Shown here: positions 10,501-22,538 of the stretch, in pieces
Position numbering within the stretch: position 1 is the first letter of the stretch
Layout of the letters: each line of letters opens with the position of its first letter
Assembly (NCBI GenBank): GCA_036172245.1
Contig: JAYWIR010000023.1
Span: forward strand, 124,001 to 188,000
Source: Raillietiella orientalis
Lineage: Eukaryota
DNA length: 64,000 nt
Direction of reading: 5' to 3'
The notes under the pieces: generated by a model
What the model was told of the DNA's origin: nothing
The model's database searches: none
The model's input: only the letters and a program-made list of their open reading frames with translations
Position numbers and translations under genes: made by a program

Positions 10501-13500
10501 AGCATATTTCTAAGCAGGTCGTTCGAAAGAGTTGGTGGCTTGTTTCATAGGCTTCTTCTCACGAAATCAGAAACTCCCGTTACTATCTTGATTGCCGTCA
10601 TAAGATCAAATACCAAAGCTCCTGACTGGACACACATAATTCCACAAAGCATCGTGATCATCAGCTACTCCCAGTATTTCTATTTTCATTTCCCATTCCA
10701 CTCATACCTCTTCGCCTCATTTGCTGCACCATAAGTTACCATCACTTTGTGATTGGTTCGGAGATATATTTTTCAGAGGCGCTTTTGACGTGATGCAAAC
10801 GCCCGTAGCGCATGATGTGCTTAATTCGGCCCAAGTCTGACGACTCTCCATAGATGGTCATCTTGTCCTTGCCTGTCCTAAGAGCAAGGGGTATTTCCCT
10901 GCTCGAAGTGTCGTTAACTCTCTGAAGCTGGACAAAGGCATTTAGGGCCCATGGCAGTCACCAATACACTTTTTTTTATTTTCATCCGACAACTGTGGGA
11001 TGCAGAGTTTCCAGCGAGGGATACAATCCCCAATGTTTTGACAGAATCCCCACCCGAAATGACGCACATCATTTCCAAAACCTCCAGAGGAATCGAGTTT
11101 CCGTTCCCCCTTTTGTCCAAATGTGTATGCAACCAGCAGCAGGTTGCAAACCTCACCGCTGCGGTTTCCATCGCAACTTCATAGGGAAATGCCGCCGAAG
11201 CACAGCGCCTAAGAAAAATACAGAGGAAACTCTGGTCGGCATAGGACTGTCACGTCGACTCAAAAGTGGTTCTGTCAGGGCCAAACGTTATTCCTGCCGC
11301 GCCCTTCCAAAGTCACTCGACCCGACTTGAACGGTAACCCAGTGGATCTTCTCGCAGGATTCTGCACGTCTCACCATCCAGAATGTGAAACTCTTCTGCA
11401 TCTTTATGGCAACAGAGACCAGAGTCCACAGAAATCCACAGTAATGATGAGGCCTGAGGTTTACTCAGAGATGGTCAAGTCTCTTAGCGAATGAGGTCAT
11501 CATTTGGTTTAAGGGGAAACGAAGGCCTGAAGCCAAATTCCAGAGCAGCGGATCGTCCCTGGAGCAGCTCCAGGGATTCCAAGGAATCTCGTAATCTTGG
11601 AGGATTCCACTAGGAGGCAGCGCAGTTTCTGGGGTGGACTTTTCGTCTCTATTACTGTGAGTGAATCTAAAGGTTGGTTTTCTTTTCGGAATAGGGTCAG
11701 AATAGGGACAGTCAGCTGCTACCTGTCTTCCTCCGGTGAAGACGCTGAGGTCGAGGTCGGCTGAGCTCTCTCCGTTCTGGCAATTCTTGTCTCCACGATG
11801 CTTCTACAGCTTTCTCGTTTTGCTCTTGTGGCTGCTCTCCTTTCGAAGCTCCCGGTTGAACCAAAGGGAAATAAAACGAGATGGGACTAGAGTCGTTCCT
11901 TTGTCCTTTTTCCTAGGAGAATTTAGGAGTGCTCCAGAGAATTCAGCCGTCTGGATCGAGACCGCCTGTAAGCAAATGGCACCCTTTCATGACGGTCAGA
12001 AAAAGGAAGGATTGTTCTCAGAAACGGTTTTGGGAATAATCTTGACCGCTATTCGGCAAGCAAGACGCAAGGGGAGATGACGTCGCCGATTCCATCGAAC
12101 CATGACGTCACAGCCGGTTTGACTCCTTTGACGTTTTTCCGCTGCTGCCTCCATTCCGGGACCAGAAGAGGAGCTTCACTGCTTCCTCCTTGTTTCCTGT
12201 TTTCACCCGTCCTCAGCCGTGGCATCGGCGATCAGGCGCTGCATCTTCCTCTTTAGAGAAATCATGGAAGGAACGAAGAATGGGATGAAAGTAATGGGAT
12301 ATGTCTTCCGACGTGAAAGGAAAAGGAAGGGAGGACCAGCCGAGTTCTTCCGGTTTCCGGTCGAGAAACGGCTGGATTGATCAGGAATGACACTCAGGAT
12401 TGCTGATGTAGATGAGGAAGCGGCTGCATCCCGAAATTCCCGAGTTCTCTGCCTCGGATGAAAAACCAAAAAAAAAAAAAATTAATGATTCCAAAGCTTC
12501 TTATCGGCGACGGTTTTTTCTATCTTTCCTGTGTCTCTTCGAACTGCAATTAGAAAGAGTCCTGTCCTGCTCCCATAGATTGCCGTGGGCAGTGTCATTC
12601 GCGGAGGTCGAGGGCGGAGAGGCCTGCGGAGCTGTTCCTTTGCTCCCTCACCTTCTCCGAAGGAAACGGTCGGGACAATGAGAGCGGCTCGCGAGGAAGT
12701 GGAAAGGAAGTTGAGGAGGGGTCTCGAAGAAGACTGGGAACACTTTTCATGCAACGCACTTCATCCGTCGTAGAAAGGCGCAGCATTTTCTGGCGGGGAG
12801 TAGTTGGCGGGAGCCTAGCTAGAAAGCAACATCTTCTGCCAGAGCCGACTTACGAGACACGTACTTTCCGGAGTACCCACAGCGAGTCGAGCCTCCCACC
12901 ACCAATTCCCTCAAAGGGAAAAAGAGCAAGAATGGGGACAGGAAGACGGAAGGGGAGAAGTACCTGTCTGGCTCTGGAGGCTGAGGACAGAAACGCCGGA
13001 CAAAAGTCTTCCAGTCGGAAGCAGCCTCGAGTGAAATTGGGAGGTAGGTTGAGCGATGCAGTGGGCGCTACTAACTGTCCGCAGGCTCACCGCACCCAAC
13101 TCTCCCAATCACGAGAGTCTCGATGCCGGAGGGGGTAATGGGGGAATCCACGCTCAGCGCGCTCTCTCGCACGGGCGGGGAATCCAACAGGTGACTCCCT
13201 TGGAGTCGTCTACCCTGTCTCTTCCTTCCGTCCTGGCCAGCTCCCGGTCCTACTCGTGAAGGTCGCGGAGCCTGTAAAGCGGCGTCGGCGGTCTCACTCG
13301 CGACGGGGAGGGGGAAAACGCGGATGCCCGCTCGAGCCGCCCGCCAGGCGTCGGCGGCTCGCAAAGTTCGTGACGGGAAGCAGATCCGGGAGCGGATGGG
13401 GCTTTGACGAGGGTGACGCGGCAGAGGGGAGGAGGACGAGGAGGGGAATCGATCGCCGGAGCCGCTCTCCACTGTGCGGCCGGCAGAGCCCGGATGAAGG

Positions 13501-16500
13501 CGCTCCCAGGACCGAAAGCCCCACGAATCAGAAATGAAATTAGCGCGCGCGCCTCCCCGCGATCGATACCTCGCCCCCCCTCCCTCTTCCCCCTCCTCGC
13601 CCTCTTAAAAATGGCGAAGGCTTCTTCCGATCACGCAGAACGGAGGGCGGTGAAGGGCGTCGAATTTCCGGCGAAGCCGACCTCTTTGTCCACGCACATC
13701 CCGACCCCTCTCTCCTGGAGTTCCTCCCGAGGCAGACAACCCGCCCTTGTTCCCCCTTCCCTCCCAACTCTTCCCAGAAAATTCGAGCCTTTTCTTGCCC
13801 TACTTCCCCTAAATGTTGCCCCTCTCTCTCCTTCCCTCCTCGGGAACAAATGGCGGCGGATGGGAAGAAGCATTGGCTGGAATGGTCCGCATGACTCCCT
13901 CTGCTCAGGCAACGCTGGCAACCCTGACCACCCCCTCTCGCCTTCCTCCTGCTTTCGCCTCGTCCCCGCGGAGTCAGCGGGCCCATGGAGATGGAAGGTG
14001 GGAGGATCAGTCTCACCGCCAAAAGTGGCCAAAGGGAGGGGCACAGGAGAAGCCGCACAAGGTGGTGCCCGGACTGGAACGGGGTCGGAGGGAGACCGGA
14101 AGGTTGCTCTCCGAGGGCCAGCAGGGTCGTGGAAAGGCGATAGAGGGCGTCCCTTCCTGCCGAGGAGTACCCCAGGAGTTGCCGGAATGTCGGAGTGTTA
14201 TCTCCACAGGCGGCAGTCCCTCGAGGGCCACATCGCCCAAGGTCAGACCTACATGACCTCCAGTTCCTCGCACTCTCTCGGTGTTCAGGGAGGGGCTCGC
14301 CGACGGCGTTCCTGGAGCGTTAAAGACCTCTGGGACCGTCGCCCTCCTCCGGCGGACGGCAGGCCGCTAAGCGATTTTTGGGAGTAGGTATTCCTGGGTC
14401 GCTTCGCTGAAGGGGACGCAGGTGGGAGCCAACCTGTGCGCTTGGCTTCCCCGTCCCTCCTCCTTCCTCTCCCCTTCTTGTGCCTCTGTGTTCTCCGGGA
14501 TCGTCCCGCGATGACATGCGCCCCTCTTCTAAGACCGCGACCTGGATGGATCTCCGCTCCGGGCCCGCTAGGACGCAGCATTCGGGGAAGAGTTTGTTCT
14601 CTGGGTAGAGTCCGCCGTGGCGCGCGTCTGAGCTCGTGCAAAACCGCGCAATCCTTCGAGGAGAGTCGAGAGACCACAATGGGGAGGAAGACAAGAGAGA
14701 GGAGGGTTCCAGGCTCCAGGAAAGCGACATCACATCAGGAGTTCCGAAATTCATCAGACGGTCTGTTCCTCCTCCCCTATTGCGCTTCCTTCCCATTTCT
14801 GCTCCCTTTTGGAAGAGGACTGCGGAAAGGGGGAAGAACGGTGTTCAAAGATGGCCACGTCCGCTCGCGCCCCTCGGCAGCACTGGAAGCGTCCCGCGGC
14901 CACAAAGCTGGCGACAGAGCGGGATGCACAGAATGAAGGAGGGGGAGAGGGGAAGTTGCAGATGCGTGCTGACCAGATACCGTCTTTGGTCCCTTAGGCG
15001 ACGGCGTGGAAGCTCGCCGCCGCCAGAGGTGTCTCCGCAGGTCCGTCCAACCCCAAGGGCGCCGAACTCCACAAGAAGTCGTCATCTAGTCTCTGTTCGG
15101 AAGCCTCGAGTTTTGTTTTGCTTTTTTCCTGGGTCGAAGGCAGTCATGAAAGACCAGTCGACGCGAGGTCGAAGTGTTGGGGACACTTCGACCTCGCGTC
15201 GGAGCTACAAGGAGGCTGCAAGGAGACTACCGCACCTACCTCAGGCGAAATTTTTCCTTCTGGCTGTGGCCACCGAAAACGGCAGGGTGTAGAAAGGGCA
15301 GAAACAGCAGCTGACATCGACTAAAGTAGTCTCTGGCACGTCGGAGGCCCTTCGGCATACAACTCACCACTCTTCGGAGAGCTCAAAGACCAAAAGCAGG
15401 TGGCTGCAGCAGCCGGCTCCTCGACAGTGGTCATCCACTGCCGCGAGCACAGGTCATGCAAGAAAAAGATGCCCCTACCCGTAACCATCACCCGCATCCT
15501 CTAGTCAAAACCCTAGAAGCAGTGAGGGAGAGACCCACGAGGCAAAGAATGGAGGTCAGTCGGTGATGGGGGATGCTCGAGATGAGCAACCCATGGCTAC
15601 CAACAGCGATCGGAAGCTGCAACCCTGCCAACCTTGAGGGGAAAGGAGGATAAAACGCAGATGGCAGGAGCATCCTCATCTCTCTGGGACACCCTCTGGG
15701 ATGAAACCAGGCAGAGGATCACCTTCACCTCTGGGATCCCATGCGCTTCCCTCAGCCTGGAGCACCTCGTTTTTCAGGGAGGTAACGCCTGCTAGAAGAA
15801 TAGTCTGCCTCAGTTCTGGTATGGCTAGAGCTTGTGCGAAGAGTAGGGAACTTGGTGCGAGGCTGCATAACCGGGGTCTCTCTCCCGGACCTTTCATCCC
15901 AGAAGCTCCACACCTCGAGCAAGGCGAGACCGCCGCCTCCGAACTTCCATCCTGGAATATCCTGACAACCAGTCACCTCGGGAGAGACTGGCTCCTTCCG
16001 TTCCTGGAGGATCCCTCCCAACCCTCGAATCTCCACTTCATATCTGACCCTGGAGCACATCTTCCGTCCCCTAAAGCTCCAAGGGACTCTGCAGACGCGG
16101 GTTGCTGCGGAAGGGCTCCGCGGAAGAGGAAGGAAAGGGAGATGACCTTCAGCAGCTATCGTGGACGGTCCACCTTCAGTATGCCTTAGATCCAGTCATC
16201 ATCTGCACTATGTATCTCAATCCCGGGAAGGTACTCAGCGGAGATCGAAGGTCACATAGAGCTGCAAGACTTCGTGGTGATCTTCCCTGGCGACGGAGAC
16301 CTCCCTTCCGAAACTGTTTCGGGTTCCTCTTCCCTCCCCGCATCAGGAGCGCTTCCGCCTCCCTACTCCGTGGCTCTCTCTCTCTGGCCATCGTGGTGAT
16401 TCCTCAGCCTGGACCGGACGAACCGCAAGTATCTCACAGAGATGATTCTTAGGCGACGATTCTGTGGGAAGCGGGTGTGAGGTCCGCCCCCCACGCCACC

Positions 16501-19500
16501 CGCGAGCTCCCGTCCGCCACGAGCTCTTCACCCGAGCTGTTCGAGAAGCCTACCATCCAGCCACGCACGGGACACCACAACCAACAGTAAGTAGAGGGAG
16601 TACCGCCTATTGCTATGGAGGCCGCCGACGGCTCTTCCTTTGGACCTCGAGTTTATCCTGGGTTCCTGCGGAATCCTCGGGGGAAGGGGGGTGGACAGCT
16701 CACGCAGTCGGTCGTCCCGTCTTCCAACGCTGTCTCTGGGCTCCCTCCCCTCTTTTCGCACGCAGCATCACTCGTCATCTCGCTGCTAACGCTGCTCCGA
16801 GGACTGGATTAGCACTCCCTATCCAAAGACCACTCCAATGACCCACTCTCCTCCGATTCCCCGTAACCTTCCTTTGATCCCATCCCGTTGCGACCCGATC
16901 CGCTCCTCCGCCTGCAGGGAGCAAGAAGGAGGGAAGGGGGCTGCTTCCTTCCACCATGAAATCAGGGTGTTCGTCCGTCGAGGCTGCAGGAATTCTTAGG
17001 GAAGGTTCTGGGAACGTGCGGACTTACGGGACGCGTCGCTTTCTTTCTGGACAAGATCACCGCCAGGCAGGGCGCTTCTCTGAGGGAAGTCGAGGAGGAA
17101 AGGCGATTGAATCTTCTCCCTCCCTTCCGTGGGGGTCGTCTCAAGGCGGATCCGGGACGAAAATCTGACCGTTATCTTCTGGAGTAGGGAACCGAGCCGG
17201 GGAGGACAGACGATGAGAAGGAAGGTGGAAGAGGACCTTCCTCCATACGCCCTGTGGGCGTCTGCAGGAAAGTCCGACGGACGTCTTCTCGTCTTCTCGC
17301 CCAGGCAGGACCACAACTCCCCGGCTGCCTGCCTGCCTGCCTTCCGTTAGCGGCGGTTCCAGAGGGAAGCAAAGCTCCGGAGGGAGATCCCGAAGGCGAG
17401 CAGATCCGCTATTGGGGAGCAGGCGCCCGCTCACCAACAGCGGATTGCTCTTCTCTGGGTGGATGGAAGAGTGTGGATGTTCCCCTCGTTTCTCCTCCAT
17501 CGATATCCCACTCTCTTTCCCGTCCCACGCGACGGGTGTCCCTTACTGACACTGACACGTGTGGGAGATCCGCTCGAGTCAGAAGGAACGTTCCTCCTTA
17601 TCAAAGGGAGGTCGGCAAGAGGCCCTCGAACATGCTCCTTTTCATGTCACGATCTGAACTGAACGATCCCAAAGGACTTTTTACGCGCCCACCAGCGGTG
17701 TCTTTCGACGTCCAGCACGACAGAGGCATCTACTGTATGCTCCACAGGATGATCGAAACAAGCAAGTGTTAGTCCAGTTTTCCTGCGCTTCTGAAAGAAG
17801 ATACCCTATTCCTGTGTTGCATGTACACTGCAGGAAGGCCACACAAGTGGTAGGATGGGCAACTCCTGTCTCCGCGAGCATTGCAGCGAGATGCCATCCT
17901 TGTCCCTGAGCCATCTGAGAACTCGTTCTCCAGAGAGTAGTGCTGTCTTACTGCCCCTGGAAGCCCTCTGCTGAGGGCATCCCTGTTTCTCTTCCAGGGT
18001 ACCCTTTCTTGGGTGATAGCGCTGATCAGACTCTGCAGGGATACGCGCTGTGCACTCTGTCCTCTCAGGGAATAGCATATCGATCACCAAAAACCACCAG
18101 TGGGAACAAAGACTTTGTCATGAGCCTCAGCTCATGACAAAGTCCCTGGTCCATGCGTGCGATGCTGCGCCAGGTCGTGAGGTTGCCCGAGTTGCCAGAA
18201 ACGAACGAGAGGACCTCTAGTGCACGCGCCTCCCCTAGATGTCAGGGAGAATTCTAGAGCTCTTCCTGCTGTTCCGCGCAAGCTTCCATGGAACGCGTCC
18301 CCGATAATGGCTGTCTGTGCTGCATCTCCTCCTCCAAGACGCACATCTCCACGGGGGCGAGTTCGCGACATGCATGTGAGTGATGTTTGGGACCGGGCGG
18401 AGGCCCCATCAGCGACCACCCGAGAAACGGAGTGCACCACCAGCCAGCACATCTGCTAGGGAACGAGGCAGGAGAGGCAGGAGCCTCTGACCGGTGGATT
18501 CTACAGCGGGACGACCACGAGGCTGCTGTGTCCTTCCTCCATTAGGACCAGCAGCGATCTTGAAGGACGGCGACTGCATGGAGCGCTTGGCGAGCCAGGA
18601 CGAGAGAGTTGCGCCACTTGGATGTTCCTGGAGGACCCCAAGTGCCCTGCTTCCGGGTAAACGTGAACTGCGCGCCGGCATCCTAAGCAGGAAATGTGGG
18701 AAGCGGCAGCACCTACTCCGTGGTCAACTCCGTTGCGAGCGAGCACGCCCTAGGGTCGGTCACCGCCAGCTGCCCAATTTGTCGGAAGGTCCTCAAGAAC
18801 AGATCTTCCCGGCACGCTGCTGCCGCCTGTCCATCGGAGATGCCTGTAAGTCTTGTCTCCCGCTCTCCCCCCTCCGCTACTGATGTCATCAGCAGTAGGA
18901 AAGCAGAAGAGCTGGGCCCATCCTGAAAGTTTCGACTTGCCCCGTGGCGTCCGGCCGACAGGAAGAGCGCCATGAGGGAGGAGCAACAAGGTCATGGTTT
19001 TGCTTTCCGCGAGAGGAGGGGCATCCTCAGGCTGGCGGCGGCACGGGTCGCACCTCAGGGACCACCGGTAGCCGACGATACTTCCATCCCAAGTCTTAGC
19101 CACCGCAAGCAGCACCAGCCACGCTCCGTCAGGAGGCTCCTCAGGAGTCACATCTCGGAAGGCGCTCGCCTGTCGTTCTCCAAAAAGGATCTTCTGCTCA
19201 TCCCTGCAAGAGGCTCTATCACGGAAGAACGCATCGGACAAAGCGTCCTTCAGCCTACGCGGAGGTCGGCCCCGAACCGAGACGGAACGCGAAATGGCGA
19301 CCACTGAAGTCTCAGAGGCCGCAGCAGGTCCAGTGATTTCGTAAGATACACGTCTCCTGGATCCGCATCTCGAGAGAAGCATTTCGTTCCTTCTTTCTTT
19401 TGCACCAGGGAAACTGGATGCAGGCGTTTTCCCATGCGGGTCTTTCTTCTCTCTCCCCTCCCTCTTTTCTCTCTCTCACAGCGCCAGAGAGGAAGGAGAG

Positions 19501-22145
19501 AAAAGAGAGGGGAAAAACGCAGCATTCGTCAACGCATTCAAGGCATCTGGACCGGGGGGAGCGTTGGGATGTTTGCATTTGGTCGAAACTAATGCGGAAA
19601 GTTGACAGACGGCTGCTCGGATCTCTTGTCACGCCACGCGACTCCAGGATTCATCATCCGCGCGCTCCCGGCTCCTCGGAGACAGCCAGTTAAGGACTCC
19701 CTCTGTTCACCTCGCCGGGTGCCGAGTCACTTGGGAGTGTCCTTGCATCTTCCGACGTCTTCCCCAGATTCCGAGCGTCGTGCTGGAATGCTCGGGGGAG
19801 GACGCTGCCGCGGTACCTCGTCTTATGCTCCACTGCTCGCCCGCTCCTGGATGACAGGCGGGCCCGCACCTGAGTGGATAAGATCTGCTGCCCTTCCAGG
19901 CGAGCAGGGAGATCGGCTCTCTCCTCCCTTCCGATCAGCACAGCATTCGACCTCGCGGTGCCCTCCACCTTGAACCCCGCACCCGGCGCGCCACGGAGTC
20001 GGATCACGTCGTTGTCGAGGAAACCCTGGGGAGGCCGAAAACCACGATCCAGGGAACGAGTGTGTGACCTGCGATCCAGGAAGATGCCCGCCCTTCCGCT
20101 GGGAGGAATCTTCCGGGCCGGTAGGTCTTCCCTTTGATTTTCAGTTTGTCCCGAGGCGAGTTGGGAAGGGTTCGGTGGTTGCCGAGGAGGACTCTGGGAA
20201 GGTTCGAGGGAACCCTGGAGCTTTCTTAGGGGAGGAGCCTCGTCAGCCTTCCTCCCTAACTATTCTCCCTGAACCCAATCGAATCTGAGGCAGGGAAAGC
20301 CTGGGGGCATTTTTCTTAGGGCACCTCGCTTCCGTGGGGCACCCCACAACGGGATCTGCTTTCCCCCTCCTGCAGGGAAGTCCCCATGAAGCGGGATGGA
20401 GGCGCGGGAACTCGAGGTAAGCAGGCGTCCCGCCCTCTTCCCGTTCTCAAAAGCGAAAGGAGCGCGCCAAAGAAGCTCAGAAAGGATATGATAGGGGAGT
20501 CCTTCAGGATTGCTGCGGGCAGACCGTCTTGAACCGGCGGTGGAGCCCCCCCTCCCCTCCATCCTTGTCCCAAGAGAACCCACAAGAACCACGTTCCTCT
20601 CCAGTCCATGAACTCCCCTCTCGTTCATCTATTTCGTGGGCTTACCTCTACCACCACCCCTCCTGACACCTGACTCCAGTGTGATGTCACTTCCTTCGCT
20701 CCCGGCCAGCTCGGCGGCGATCCTGGATTCAGCAGCCCGGGAGCTCCTGCCGGGATGCAGTGGGCGCACGCGGGCGCAAAGGGCAACTCTTGAAAGGACG
20801 CCCGGCTCTCCTAGGAGCGGGATGATGGTCGTAGCAGCATCGCCGACTCGCCAATTGAGCGCCTCTCTGTGGCTCCCGACGGGGTTGGAGGAAGCACAGA
20901 AAGGGGGTTGGAACAAAGAGATCCCGGAGAAGAAGGGGAAGAAAAATCAAACCCGAGGTGAAAAGTCCCTCGGAATCCCGGATGGAGGCCTCCTTCGTCC
21001 TCGCGGCTCCCCCCCAAATTCTGTGGTTCCTTCCCTCCTTCTCGGTGTGCGCCTCCGCTCTCCCCCTTCCCGAGCGGTGAGTGCACTCCTCGGGAAGGAG
21101 AGGCTCCTCTGGACTGACCGTGTGCACCCCAGAGAAGAAGGAGCGCAGCAGTTTCCCTCCAGGGCGTCAGAGAACCCTCCGCGAGAGGCGCTCGACCGAA
21201 ACCCTCAAGAGACCTGGGGGGCTCGGGGGCAAGAGAGGAGAAAGGAGGATCGCCGGTTCCCGTCAGGCCGAGCTGAAAAATCGAACGTGCCGCCGCTGGA
21301 GACCCCGCACTTCGTCTTCGCCCCCTCCCCCCTTCCAGGTGCGCTGTCGCACCTCCACCTTTTCCAAGAGGGGAATCTTCCACGCGGGGAGTGGATCCGA
21401 CCAGTCCCAGAAGGTCCAGGCTGATGCAACGAGCAACATGACTCGGGCGACCGTGGAAAACTCTCCGGCAGCAGCGCTTGTTTGCCCTGTTCCTGAAGGA
21501 AGAGCCACCGAGACTTCACCGTCGGGAAAAGAAAAGGAAAGGATTGCAGTGGATGATTTTCTTGTCTCCACGGTTCCTCTGAGAGCGCTCCTAGGATGCC
21601 GGGAGGCACGTTGGGAAGACGATACAGGAGGGATGCCTGGCGGCCAGCGTTCGGGAAGACCCGCGTTGGCCCGCTCGCTGCTTCCGCACAGGACGGATCG
21701 AGCAGCAGACCGGAAGCTGAAGCGGCTTTCCGTGCGCCGCTGGCTCGGTTCTGGGAGCCGGACCGGCGGGAAGGGAGGGGAGAAGGCGACGTCCGAGGTG
21801 GAGACTTAGCACCGAGCTTTCCTCTCTGGAGAGAGAAGCCGAAAGCAGACATGCTGGCGGTGAATCGGAGATTCTTCTCATCCGCAAGGAGAGAATCTGA
21901 AGAGGAAGAAGGAGGAACCGGGGAGTCGCCGAGAACGGGTCCTGGATCCTCTCCTCCTCCAGATCGGAAGGGGCGTGATTGAGGGGTGAGTTTCTGCGGC
22001 TCTTTAACTCGCGGACCGTAGGGGGTCCTCCTGGCTTCCTCCTCTTCGCCGAGATCACGGGATCGAGGGAATCTTCCTGAGAAATCTCCAAATTCTTCTT
22101 CAGCATCAGGGAAGGAAGAAGAAGGCTCTCCAAGCCACACTTTTT

Positions 22146-22538
22146 CTTCGATGCATGGGAATCTCTGGGAGGGAAGAGGAAGCAGGCATTGATCTGGAAG
22201 AGGGACTGTCACGCACATCAGCCCTGGCGACCCTCAGTCTCCCCCCAGTCAGCGCGGCGGGCGAGTGGTCACGGGGGCCACCTGACAAGGAGTCTGATTC
22301 TGTGTCCGGTCCTTGGGAAGAGTCTCACAGGAACAGGCTGGGCAGGTTTCCCTTCCCTCCTCCCCCTCCCCCACTCTATCGTTCCTGCCAATGGTTCATG
22401 GACCCGAGTCGTCGAGGAAACGGTGCTCCGAACGCACCTTTTCTGCACACTGCATAGGAGGCGGTGGAGGTGGAAGCACGCCGAGGTCCATGGGCCTCCA
22501 GGTTCCACTTTCCTGCCAGAGATTTCCATGCATTGAAG
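22146..22538. repeat. 23-bp imperfect inverted repeat pair (possible MITE ends)
   Basis: 22146-22168 versus the reverse complement of 22516-22538: 21/23 identical. Confidence 0.55.
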
